Shown here piece by piece: positions 1 to 8,500 of a stretch of 16,138 bases of DNA. The stretch comes from Candidatus Altiarchaeales archaeon IMC4. Lineage in GTDB: Archaea; Altiarchaeota; Altiarchaeia; IMC4. The DNA is taken from assembly GCA_001742785.1 (NCBI GenBank), contig MCBF01000001.1, positions 265,216-281,353 on the forward strand. The letters are read 5' to 3'. Each line of letters begins with the position of its first letter. The stretch's first letter is position 1. Below the pieces are notes generated by a model. That model saw nothing but the letters and a program-made list of their open reading frames with translations, was not told the origin of the DNA and searched no databases. The position numbers and the translations under genes are program-made.

Positions 1-261
1 CTTTCTGAGATTTCAAGGCGTCTTGGAAGGGCTGCAAGGGTTATCGGCTCGGGAGACACCGAGAAAACTATATACGACCTGATTGCACCGGCGAGGATTG
101 TGAAGATAAACAAGGTTTACAACCCGGAGGGTACCGTCCTGCGCGTGATTATAAATGCCGAAGACCGGGAAAAACTGCGGATTGGCGAGGCGCAATTGAA
201 GCGGATTCTTGAGTCTGTTGCCATGTGCGGGATTGAATTCACGTTCATGAATTCCGAATGA
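1..261 (+). CDS. 3' end of an archaeal NusA-like KH-domain protein (5' truncated by the window)
   Basis: Frame 1 is open from base 1 to TGA at 259-261 and is not in the ORF track: LSEISRRLGRAARVIGSGDTEKTIYDLIAPARIVKINKVYNPEG...GIEFTFMNSE*. It resembles the C-terminal half of archaeal NusA-like KH proteins (family recall only). Confidence 0.6.
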   Translation, partial: LSEISRRLGRAARVIGSGDTEKTIYDLIAPARIVKINKVYNPEGTVLRVIINAEDREKLRIGEAQLKRILESVAMCGIEFTFMNSE

Positions 262-285
262 ATTTAGGGTCAAGGGAATTCAGGA

Positions 286-361
286 ACGCAAAACTGCTTG
301 CAGTTTTGGTTTCTAAGACTCAAAAAGTCTTGAGAACACCAAAATTCTTCGAATTTTGCGT
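286..361. repeat. Intergenic element of three tandem hairpins (REP/MITE-like)
   Basis: CAAAACTGC-tt-GCAGTTTTG (289-308), AAGACT-caaaa-AGTCTT (315-331) and CAAAATTC-ttc-GAATTTTG (340-358). The ends ACGCAAAA (286-293) and TTTTGCGT (354-361) are also complementary. Confidence 0.6.
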
Positions 362-408
362 GTCGAGTGAATTTTTATACTACTTATTCCATACATTTAT
401 TGATAACA

Positions 409-651
409 ATGAAGAACAAAATCTACGATTACGTTGTGTTAATCGAACAGGACGAGGATGGTGTTTATGTTGCCAAGGTTCCAGACATCCCCGGATGCTA
501 CACACAAGGTAAAACCGTCCAGCAGGCCATGGAAAGAATCAGGGAGGCCATAGATGTTTGTATTGAATCGGAGCGTGAAGAATTAGTACCGATGAGATTT
601 GTGGGCCTTCGGCATATTGCAGTGGAACTGAAAGCGATAAGTACCTGCTGA
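409..651 (+). CDS. hicB: HicB-family antitoxin
   Basis: MKNKIYDYVVLIEQDEDGVYVAKVPDIPGCYTQGKTVQQAMERIREAI carries the HicB signature (E.DEDG.Y.A.VPD.PGC.TQG.T...A..NI.EAI). The second Met of the tracked ORF (409) is the likely start. Confidence 0.9.
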   Translation: MKNKIYDYVVLIEQDEDGVYVAKVPDIPGCYTQGKTVQQAMERIREAIDVCIESEREELVPMRFVGLRHIAVELKAISTC

Positions 652-662
652 TCCCAAAAATA

Positions 663-898
663 ATGGGCGGATTAACTATTATTTCCGGAAGAGATTTGTG
701 CAGTATTCTTGAGAGGGTTGGGTTTAAAAAAAGTGCATCAGCGAGGCAGCCACGTAAAATATGAGCATCCAGACGGCAGGAAAACCATCGTGCCGGTTCA
801 TGCAAACGAAAAGATTGGGAGAGGCCTTCTTAGGGATTATCCTAAAACAAGTGGAAATAACCAGAAAAGATTATGAGAGGTTAAGGCGTTCTGTGTAA
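663..898 (+). pseudogene. hicA: HicA-family mRNA interferase toxin with two +1 frameshifts
   Basis: Removing one A from A7 (726-732) and one G from GGG (833-835) gives a 77-aa protein, MGGLTIISGRDLCSILERVGFKKVHQRGSHVKYEHPDGRKTIVPVHANEKIGRGLLRIILKQVEITRKDYERLRRSV*. It has the HicA GSH and VPVH motifs and follows hicB. Confidence 0.85.
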
Positions 899-928
899 TT
901 TTTACCTTTAATCCCAATATCTATCAAT

Positions 929-3121
929 ATGGAAAAAATACTTGTAACCTCAGCACTTCCCTACGCCAACGGCCCGCTTCACGTAGGCCACGCTGCCGGG
1001 GCGTACGTCCCTGCTGACGTTTACGTTCGCTACCAGAAGATGAAGGGAAGCGACGTGATCTACATCTGCGGCACCGACGAGCACGGAACCCCGATAGCTG
1101 TCGCCGCCGAGCAGGAGGGTATCGCCCAGGGGGAACTCGTGAAAAAGTACCACAAACAAATGAAGGCCGCCTTTGACAAACTCGGCATAGGTTTTGACAA
1201 TTTCTCGGGGACCCACCGGGACATTCACATAAAAACGTCACAGGATTTCTTTCTGGAAATCGAAAAAAGAGAGCACATATACGAGCAGGAGGTCGAGAGG
1301 CCGTACTGCCCGAACTGCAAGAGGTTCCTGCCAGACAGGTACGTAAGGGGCATCTGCCCGAAATGCGCCGCCGAGGACGAGCGCGGCGACCAGTGCGAAA
1401 AATGCGGCAAACAACTGGAGCCGCACGAGCTTAAAAAGCCGTACTGCATAATCTGCAAGGGGCCGCCCGAGATGAGGAAAACGAAGCACTGGTTCTTCAA
1501 GCTTAGCGAGTTCAACGGTGCTCTGACCAAATGGATAACGAAAAACAGACACTGGCCTGACAACGCCCGCAACTTCGCACTCGGCTGGCTCAAGGAAGGT
1601 CTTGAAGACCGCGCGATAACCCGCGACATCGAGTGGGGCGTCCCCGTGCCTGTTCCGGGTGCGGCGGGTAAGGTCCTTTACGTCTGGTTTGACGCGCCGA
1701 TCGGCTACATCTCAGCGACAAAGGAGTGGGCCGAACGAGAAGGAAAACCTGATGCGTGGCGCGACTACTGGACAGGCGGCACAAAAATCGTACACTTCAT
1801 CGGGAAGGACAACATCCCGTTCCATGCGATAATCTGGCCTGCGATGCTGATGGCTCACGGAGACTACAACCTGCCGTGGCAGATAGCAAGCAACGAATAC
1901 CTGACGCTTGATGGCAGGAAGATGTCCACGAGTCGCAAGTGGGTCTTGTGGCTCCATGATGTGCTTGGAGAGTTTGACGCGGACGCCCTGAGGTACTATC
2001 TGATTTCGATTGCGCCGGAGACGTCGGACAGCGATTTCCGGCTGAAGGACTTCCAGAGCAAGGTCAACAGCGAACTGATAGGGACGCTGGGGAACTTTAT
2101 AAACCGGACGCTGATGTTCATCGAGAGCAAGAAGGGGAGTATTATACCTGAGCCGGATGTCGGGAAAGAGTTGTTAAGAAGGATTATAGATGACAATGGT
2201 AAAATTCCTGAGAATCTACCACGCCCATCCGAATCGGGGATCGGTCCGGATCTACTTGGAACAATAAGAGATTCTGCGGAGATTGTTGGAAAACCCATGG
2301 ATAGGTTCGCATTCAAACTCGCACTATCCTATGTGTTGGGGAAATCCCAGGACGGAAACATCTTCTTCCAGAAGAACGAACCGTGGAAAAACGAAAACGG
2401 CACAACACTTTTCCTGTGCGCCAACCTCTGCAGAAGTTTAGCGATTTTAATGCACCCGTTCATGCCTGCCGCCTCCGAAAGGGTCTGGAAGATGCTCGCC
2501 CTCGAGGGCTCGGTCGCAGACCAGAAATGGGAATCTGCCGGCGAACTCAAGATAAAGCCAGGCCACAAAATCGGGCATGTCGAGCCGCTTTTCAAAAAGA
2601 TAGAGGACAACCATATCGAAGATTTTGAGAGGAAGTACCTGCCGAAATCAGAAGAGGTGCCTGCTAAATTCAATCTTGACATACGGGTTGGCAAAATCGT
2701 CTCCGTCGCAAACCACCCGAACGCAGACAAGCTCTATGTCGCCGAGGTGGACATCGGAGAGGAAAAACGCCAGGTTGTCGCCGGGCTTAAAGAACACTAT
2801 ACCGCCGATGAACTAAAAGACAAAACTGTTGCCCTCCTTGCGAACCTGAAGCCCGCGAAAATCCGCGGAGTCGAATCCCGCGGGATGATATTGGCCGCAG
2901 ACGACGGCAAGAATGTCAAGCTTCTGGAGCCGAAGGGGAAGCCGGGGGACGCGGTTTATGTTGGCGCTCCGGCCAAGGCTGGCGAAATCGAATTTTCCGA
3001 ATTTATTAAAACCGAAATGCTAATTGAAAACGGACGGGTGCTGTATAGCGGAAAGCCGCTGAAAACCGATTCGGGGGATGTTAGGGTTTGCGGCGTTGAA
3101 AGCGGGGCGAGGGTGAGATGA
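929..3121 (+). CDS. metG: Methionine--tRNA ligase with C-terminal OB-fold tRNA-binding domain
   Basis: TSALPYANGPLHVGH (HIGH), GTDEHGTP, four CxxC zinc-knuckle pairs, YVWFDAPIGY, FIGKDNIPFH, KMSTS (KMSKS) and C-terminal HPNADKLY...RGVESRGMILAA. Confidence 0.98.
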   Translation: MEKILVTSALPYANGPLHVGHAAGAYVPADVYVRYQKMKGSDVIYICGTDEHGTPIAVAAEQEGIAQGELVKKYHKQMKAAFDKLGIGFDNFSGTHRDIHIKTSQDFFLEIEKREHIYEQEVERPYCPNCKRFLPDRYVRGICPKCAAEDERGDQCEKCGKQLEPHELKKPYCIICKGPPEMRKTKHWFFKLSEFNGALTKWITKNRHWPDNARNFALGWLKEGLEDRAITRDIEWGVPVPVPGAAGKVLYVWFDAPIGYISATKEWAEREGKPDAWRDYWTGGTKIVHFIGKDNIPFHAIIWPAMLMAHGDYNLPWQIASNEYLTLDGRKMSTSRKWVLWLHDVLGEFDADALRYYLISIAPETSDSDFRLKDFQSKVNSELIGTLGNFINRTLMFIESKKGSIIPEPDVGKELLRRIIDDNGKIPENLPRPSESGIGPDLLGTIRDSAEIVGKPMDRFAFKLALSYVLGKSQDGNIFFQKNEPWKNENGTTLFLCANLCRSLAILMHPFMPAASERVWKMLALEGSVADQKWESAGELKIKPGHKIGHVEPLFKKIEDNHIEDFERKYLPKSEEVPAKFNLDIRVGKIVSVANHPNADKLYVAEVDIGEEKRQVVAGLKEHYTADELKDKTVALLANLKPAKIRGVESRGMILAADDGKNVKLLEPKGKPGDAVYVGAPAKAGEIEFSEFIKTEMLIENGRVLYSGKPLKTDSGDVRVCGVESGARVR

Positions 3122-3152
3122 TTGCTATTTATATAATCGCTGCAATATTTTA

Positions 3153-3377
3153 ATGGTGGGAAAAATGAGCATATGTGTGGGAAAAGTGGATAACAAAGGG
3201 AGGATGGTTCTGCCTGTGAACATAAGAAAAATGCTCAACATAGAGCCATTTGATTATGTCGAATACGAAATAAAAGAGGTTAAGCGTGCAAGGTTTGTTG
3301 ACAAATGGGAGGGCGCAGTCAAATGCAAAGCAAACGACCCGGTTAAATTAATACATGAATCTTTTCTGAGGAAATGA
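3153..3377 (+). CDS. AbrB/MazE/SpoVT-family antitoxin
   Basis: KVDNKGRMVLPVNIRKMLNI AbrB motif. It overlaps the downstream PIN gene by ATGA. The start may be at 3165. Confidence 0.85.
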   Translation: MVGKMSICVGKVDNKGRMVLPVNIRKMLNIEPFDYVEYEIKEVKRARFVDKWEGAVKCKANDPVKLIHESFLRK

Positions 3378-3799
3378 GATATCTGGATGCCTCAATTCCG
3401 GTAGGTTTGATGATTGGCCAGCCAAAGCAGAAATTAGAGGACATAAGAGCAATTATGGAGGCGGTCGAGGCAGGCCGCGAAAGGGTCGCAACGTCTGTGT
3501 TCACAATCGCCGAAATCGTGTACGTGCTCGAACGCGAGGGCAAAGACGGAATGTTCATCGCAGAGGTCATAGACGATTTTCTGGGCTGTGGCGGCCTTAA
3601 GGTAATCGACGCAAAGGCGGACGATGCCCTTGATACTGCAATGGAAATCTACAAGAAGTACAAGATTGATTTCGTGGATGCGCATCACATAGCGACGATG
3701 CAGGAAATGCGGATACGCGAGATTTATTCCCTCGACCCGCATTATGACTGCATCCCGAAGATTAAGCGTCTTGAACAGGTTGCGGCAAAGGTAAGATGA
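3374..3799 (+). CDS. vapC: PIN-domain (VapC-like) toxin
   Basis: YLDAS, TIAEI, DFVDAHHIA and YSLDPHYD supply the PIN acidic residues. Confidence 0.9.
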   Translation: MRYLDASIPVGLMIGQPKQKLEDIRAIMEAVEAGRERVATSVFTIAEIVYVLEREGKDGMFIAEVIDDFLGCGGLKVIDAKADDALDTAMEIYKKYKIDFVDAHHIATMQEMRIREIYSLDPHYDCIPKIKRLEQVAAKVR

Positions 3800-5115
3800 A
3801 ACCAACAATATCAATAATCGGCGGATACGGCGGGATGGGCCGGCTGTTCTCGAAACTGTTCATAGACGAAGGCCTGAAGGTGATAGTCTCCGGGCCGACC
3901 GAGAGCAAGGGCGTAAAGGCCGAGAAAGAGCTCGGCGTGGTTTACGAAAAGGACAACAACAAGGCCGCAGAATGTGGAGATGTCGTCATAATCACGGTGC
4001 CGATAGAATACACCCCCGAAACCATAAAAGAGGTCGCGCCGCACGTTAAAAAGGGCTCGCTTTTGATGGACTTCACATCCATAAAGGAGGAGCCGTGCCG
4101 GCTGATGCAGGAATGCGCAAAGCCCGGCGTCGAGGTCATAGGCACGCACCCGGTTTTCGGGCCGCGACTTTCATCAATCGAGGGGCAGGTTTTCGTGATA
4201 ACGAACGTCAGCGGGAAAAAATGGCTCAAATGGCTCAAGGAATTTCTCGACAGGCAGAGGGCCAAGGTCATAGAGACAACCCCCCGCGAGCATGATGAAA
4301 CCATGGCGGTCGTGCAGGGGCTTACGCACTTCGCCTACATTGCAATCGGAAAAACCTTAGAGGAGATGGACTTCGACATAAAGGAATCCCGCAGGTTTTC
4401 ATCCCCGATTTACGAGCTGATGCTGAATCTGATAGGCCGCATCATAGGGCAGGACCCACACCTTTACGCCTCGATACAGATGGAAAACCCAAGGGTCCTT
4501 GACGTGCACAGGGTGTTTTTGAAAACCGCCGAAAATCTGAGCAAGGTCGTAAAGAAGGGGGATGAGAAGGAGTTTGTCGGGATAATGTCCCGGGCAGCCA
4601 AGCACTTCGACGACGTGGATTATGCGATGGGCATGTCAGACAAGGCGATAGCCTCGCTTGTCAATGGACTTCAAGACCTAAAGGATTTGTCGGGTGCCGA
4701 AGTCAGTCTGAGGCACATATATTCCGGGCAGGTCCACACCGGAATCATAAGGAAGGTAACGGCAGAAAACGTGATAATCGATGAGTTCGGCAAGGAATCG
4801 GAATTGAAGCTGTCCAACGTGCAGATCCTGCCGGACGGCCAGCGGCTCAAGAACAAGGCGGATAAATTCGGGACCGTCTCCCGCGATTTTTCCGTAATCC
4901 TGAACGACGGCGCGGACGAGGGGTTCATAACCGGGCTCGTTTCGGCAAGGGATAACGTAACGTCAGTGGAGATAAAGGATGTTTACAAGGGCGGGAAAAT
5001 AGGCAGCGATAAAAAATCGGTGTGCTTCAGGGTTACAATGGTGAACCACAGGCCGAGGGAAACCGAGGGGCAGATTGCGGATTTCTTCAGAAAAATCGGC
5101 GGGGTTTTGAGATAA
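3796..5115 (+). CDS. tyrA: Prephenate/arogenate dehydrogenase, long archaeal form with C-terminal extension
   Basis: IIGGYGGMG Rossmann motif, DFTSIK, GTHPVFGP, EHDETMAVVQGLTHF, followed by about 150 extra C-terminal residues. Confidence 0.92.
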   Translation: MKPTISIIGGYGGMGRLFSKLFIDEGLKVIVSGPTESKGVKAEKELGVVYEKDNNKAAECGDVVIITVPIEYTPETIKEVAPHVKKGSLLMDFTSIKEEPCRLMQECAKPGVEVIGTHPVFGPRLSSIEGQVFVITNVSGKKWLKWLKEFLDRQRAKVIETTPREHDETMAVVQGLTHFAYIAIGKTLEEMDFDIKESRRFSSPIYELMLNLIGRIIGQDPHLYASIQMENPRVLDVHRVFLKTAENLSKVVKKGDEKEFVGIMSRAAKHFDDVDYAMGMSDKAIASLVNGLQDLKDLSGAEVSLRHIYSGQVHTGIIRKVTAENVIIDEFGKESELKLSNVQILPDGQRLKNKADKFGTVSRDFSVILNDGADEGFITGLVSARDNVTSVEIKDVYKGGKIGSDKKSVCFRVTMVNHRPRETEGQIADFFRKIGGVLR

Positions 5116-5585
5116 TGGTTACAAGAATCGGCGTCATAGGCCGCGACGGCGAGATCCCAGAAAAGATAAAGGACATCTGCGAACAGATCGGTGCGGAAAT
5201 TGCAAAAAAGGACTGCATCCTGATATGCGGCGGCAGAACCGGTGTGATGGAGGCGGCTTGTAGGGGCGCGAAGAAGGCGGGCGGGGTAACGGTCGGGATC
5301 CTTCAGTCCACGGACAAAAACGAGGCAAACCAGTACGTGGACATCCCGATAACCACCGGCATGGGAAAAATCAGGAACGCGCTCGTTGTGATATCATCGG
5401 ATGTTTTGATTGCGATAAACGGCCGCACGGGGACGCTTTCCGAAATCGCGATTGCGCTCAACCACGGCAAGCCGGTCGTTATGGTCAACGGAACCAGCTG
5501 CGTCGGGGAACCGCTTAAGGACCCGAACCTGTTTTTTGCGGATGCGAAGGACGCTGTAGGGGTGGCTTTGGATTTGGTGAAATGA
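5115..5585 (+). CDS. LOG/SLOG-family Rossmann-fold protein (TIGR00725-like)
   Basis: LICGGRTGVMEAACRGAKKAGGVTVGIL, TGMGKIRN and GRTGTLSEIAIAL. The ATG at 5115 overlaps the tyrA stop (TAATG). Confidence 0.88.
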   Translation: MVTRIGVIGRDGEIPEKIKDICEQIGAEIAKKDCILICGGRTGVMEAACRGAKKAGGVTVGILQSTDKNEANQYVDIPITTGMGKIRNALVVISSDVLIAINGRTGTLSEIAIALNHGKPVVMVNGTSCVGEPLKDPNLFFADAKDAVGVALDLVK

Positions 5586-5998
5586 AAAAATTCGAATACC
5601 TTGACCACGTGGCAGACCTTGAATTTATCGCATACGGCAGGACGCTTTCAGAGTGCTTTGAGAACTGCGCGCTTGCCATGTTCTCGGCGATTGTCGATTT
5701 AGGTTCGGTGAAACAAAAAGAAACAAAAAACATATCGCTGTCGTCCGACTCCCCGGAAAACCTGCTTCACGACTTTTTAGACGAGGCGCTTTTTATCTTC
5801 TCGACGGAACACCTTGTTTTCAGCAGGTTCGATGTCGGGGTGGACACATCGGGTAGGTATGCCCTTGATGCAAAACTTCACGGGGAAAAAATCGCAGGGC
5901 ACCAGATACTCGCCGACATCAAGGCGGTAACGTACCACAACCTTTCGGTTTGCGAAAAAAACGGGGTGTGGCAGGCGCGGGTTTTGTGCGACACCTGA
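5582..5998 (+). CDS. Archease (RtcB activator)
   Basis: FEYLDHVADL, IKAVTYH and terminal VLCDT are archease motifs. Confidence 0.93.
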   Translation: MKKFEYLDHVADLEFIAYGRTLSECFENCALAMFSAIVDLGSVKQKETKNISLSSDSPENLLHDFLDEALFIFSTEHLVFSRFDVGVDTSGRYALDAKLHGEKIAGHQILADIKAVTYHNLSVCEKNGVWQARVLCDT

Positions 5999-5999
5999 A

Positions 6000-6668
6000 T
6001 CATTCTTCGGCCTTCCACGTGCCGGGCCTCTTGCGCTTGCCGTGGACCATCTCGTTTGCTATCTCGAACTGCCGCTCGTAAAGGTGGATGTTCTTTGAGA
6101 AGGCGTACGTCTTGCCCGGGGAAACCCCGATTTCGTCCGCCATGTACTCCTTCAGGAGCTGCAAGCCCGCGACGTTTGCAGGAAATCCCGCATAAGCGTC
6201 CCACGAGCGGAAATAAACAAAGAAGTGCAATTTGTTGTCGGTTAGCTCAGTGTCAAGGACGGTAAGGCACGGGGGGTCGTGGCTGTCTATGTCTTCGGGG
6301 CGCCTTATCAGCATCGTGTTCTGGCGGTCGCCCTTATACTCCCGGTACCGCTCGATAACCCTCTGAATCTGATCCACCGGCGCCCTCAGGCGCTGGCCGT
6401 ATGTGTACTCTTCGCTGTCTTTTTTCTCCCCGATGAAGAGGTACTCCAGCGCGTATTTTTCGACGTACTTTGCGGAAAACGGGCAGGCCTCGTGAACCAG
6501 CGGGCGGTTCTCGGGATTCGTTATCTCGAGGGACATTGCAATCTTCCTGGTGTTCGTTATCTCGGAGCCTCGCTCGATCCTGAAAACGTCCCCCTCGTCG
6601 CTTATTTTCTCGACCACCTGCGACCACGCGTCGGGTATGTCAAAGGCGGTTATGGAAAAGAATTTCAT
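6000..6668 (-). CDS. thyA: Thymidylate synthase, archaeal type
   Basis: YTYGQRL, PPCL (catalytic Cys), YFRSWDAYAGFPANV and NIHLYE. Confidence 0.9.
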   Translation of the reverse strand: MKFFSITAFDIPDAWSQVVEKISDEGDVFRIERGSEITNTRKIAMSLEITNPENRPLVHEACPFSAKYVEKYALEYLFIGEKKDSEEYTYGQRLRAPVDQIQRVIERYREYKGDRQNTMLIRRPEDIDSHDPPCLTVLDTELTDNKLHFFVYFRSWDAYAGFPANVAGLQLLKEYMADEIGVSPGKTYAFSKNIHLYERQFEIANEMVHGKRKRPGTWKAEE

Positions 6669-6701
6669 GATATTAATATTACTGCGACCAATGATTAAAA
6701 A

Positions 6702-7244
6702 ATGTCGATAAAGAAAACCGCTGCAAAGACGCTTCTTCCGCCGTTGAAGTTCGTTTTATCCGAGCTCAAGGAGAAACAAAAACGCGATGAGGAGAGAAAG
6801 AAAATGGTGGCCGAGGAAAAGGAAAAAAGGAAGGCGGGCGGATTCCAGAGGTTTATGAAGTTTCTCATTGGGGCGATGGTCGTTTTTATACTACTTTTTT
6901 TCGCCCTTCTGTTTCTGGTGGGTTCCGGCAGTTTGGGTTCCACATCGGCAGGGGAAACGAACATGACCACGATAATCGACGCCTACGGCCAGAACCCGCC
7001 GGTCGTTATCGAGATATATTCCGAGTCGTGCCCGCACTGCAAGGACATGAACGATGTCATCGCCGAGTTCAGGAAGGAGAATCCCGATGTGAACATAATG
7101 CAGATAGAATCATCCGGCTCAAGGGTAAGCGTCCAGTACATCCCGACCCTTGTCATAGTAAGAAAAGACGGCACTCACGCCGAGCGCGTCGGGGCTATGG
7201 GTATGGATGATTTTAAGGCTTGGGTCGGGGGCAATTATTACTGA
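6702..7244 (+). CDS. Membrane-anchored thioredoxin-fold protein
   Basis: Lys/Glu-rich N-terminus, one hydrophobic helix (FLIGAMVVFILLFFALLFLV), CPHC active site and the cis-Pro motif YIPTL. Confidence 0.8.
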   Translation: MSIKKTAAKTLLPPLKFVLSELKEKQKRDEERKKMVAEEKEKRKAGGFQRFMKFLIGAMVVFILLFFALLFLVGSGSLGSTSAGETNMTTIIDAYGQNPPVVIEIYSESCPHCKDMNDVIAEFRKENPDVNIMQIESSGSRVSVQYIPTLVIVRKDGTHAERVGAMGMDDFKAWVGGNYY

Positions 7245-7634
7245 TTATTTAACGAACTCAACGTTTTCCATGCCCTTGAAATCGTCATCGCCTGTGAGGA
7301 GTTTGACGCCGAGGTGTTTTGCAGCCACATAATTAACGCAGTCAATGTACGACATCCTCTTTTTGCTTTTTAATAAATAGCTTTTGAATTCACCGGTTTT
7401 CTTTATTAATTCATCATCCAAACCAACGGCTTCAAAACAGTCATTTACTTCTTCATAGACTTGCTCGGCTTTTTCCATGCCGAACCTTGAATGCACCAAA
7501 TAGTACAACTCCAGAAGCGTCAGTTGCGTTACGTACCCGCCAGATGCCTGCATCTCCTGAAGGTAAGGCTTGTATTCTTCGCTTCCGTGTTCATACCATT
7601 CAATCAATGCGTATGTGTCTATAAGGTATCTCAC
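7245..7634 (-). CDS. vapC: PIN-domain (VapC-like) toxin
   Basis: YLIDTYALIE, TLLELY, MSYIDC and LLTGDDDF; GTG start. Confidence 0.9.
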   Translation of the reverse strand: MRYLIDTYALIEWYEHGSEEYKPYLQEMQASGGYVTQLTLLELYYLVHSRFGMEKAEQVYEEVNDCFEAVGLDDELIKKTGEFKSYLLKSKKRMSYIDCVNYVAAKHLGVKLLTGDDDFKGMENVEFVK

Positions 7635-7635
7635 T

Positions 7636-7866
7636 TTAGCACTCCCAGTCCCTTTTAAGTTCGTTTATGAGATCCTGTGTGGTTTTTCCGCAGGAGAGTC
7701 CTTTTAGGGAAGCGCCTACTTCTGTGAAAGAGCGGATCGGCTTAAGCACAATCCTGTCGTCTTCGATCGTTTCTATGAATCTCATGCGTGGTTTTAAACC
7801 AAGTTTTTCCCTTACCCCCTTGACTAAGCATATCTGCCAGTTCCCAGAAAGTGTCACAGTCTCCAT
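7636..7866 (-). CDS. AbrB/MazE/SpoVT-family antitoxin
   Basis: TVTLSGNWQICLVKGVREKLGLKP...IVLKP is a divergent AbrB motif, directly upstream of a PIN gene. Confidence 0.82.
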   Translation of the reverse strand: METVTLSGNWQICLVKGVREKLGLKPRMRFIETIEDDRIVLKPIRSFTEVGASLKGLSCGKTTQDLINELKRDWEC

Positions 7867-7888
7867 TTTGTAATAGTATATTATAAAA
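7866..7888. promoter_or_regulatory. Imperfect palindrome over the antitoxin start; candidate autoregulatory operator
   Basis: TTTTGTAATA-gta-TATTATAAAA (9 of 10 bases paired) lies in the AT-rich divergent promoter region between abrB and pyrI. Confidence 0.45.
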
Positions 7889-7964
7889 TTATGGCTTAAA
7901 TATAAAATATCGGAATCTTATTTTATGAATATGATTAATATCCGCATCAAACAATAATCTTACA

Positions 7965-8408
7965 ATGCAAAAGCAAAACGTAAAAATCCAGAGCATAAGA
8001 AACGGCATAGTCATAGACCACATCACAGCGGGCAGGGCGATCAACGTCCTTAGAATCCTCGGGGTGGACCAGAATTTCCCGGACACCATAACGCTTGCCA
8101 TGAACGTCCCAAGCAACGTCATGGGGAAAAAGGACATAGTCAAGGTCGAAAACCGCGACCTTGACAAGAAGGAGATAGACCAGATTGCCATAATCGCCCC
8201 GGATGCGACCATAAACCGGATAAGCCAGTCCAAGGTGATAAGCAAGGAAAAGGTCGTTCTTCCCGATGTGATTGTCGGCGTCGTTTCCTGCCCGAACCCG
8301 AAGTGCGTTACCAACGACCCGAAGGAAAAGATAAAATCCACCTTCACTGTAAGGAGCAAAAAGCCGCTGGTCCTGCGCTGTCGGTACTGCGAGAGGGATG
8401 TTTCTTAG
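7965..8408 (+). CDS. pyrI: Aspartate carbamoyltransferase regulatory chain
   Basis: IRNGIVIDHI, MGKKDIVKVE, IAPDATIN and zinc ligands CPNPKC and CRYCE. Confidence 0.97.
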   Translation: MQKQNVKIQSIRNGIVIDHITAGRAINVLRILGVDQNFPDTITLAMNVPSNVMGKKDIVKVENRDLDKKEIDQIAIIAPDATINRISQSKVISKEKVVLPDVIVGVVSCPNPKCVTNDPKEKIKSTFTVRSKKPLVLRCRYCERDVS

Positions 8409-8500
8409 TGTATTCGGCCAACACGAAGCCACATATCAAGTCCTTCTGTGCCGAATGCCCTTGTGTTCTTTATGGCCTCGACCTTATCAAAGTTTTGAAC

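Noticed and set aside
258..512. 84-aa ORF 258-512 and the N-terminal extensions of ORFs starting at 367 and 5022
   Set aside because: The first runs through the palindromic element and out of frame into hicB. The extensions precede the recognisable domains, and better starts exist at 409 and 5115.
7965..8408. pyrI without pyrB, and archease without rtcB
   Set aside because: These genes are often unlinked in archaea, so the partners are probably elsewhere in the genome.
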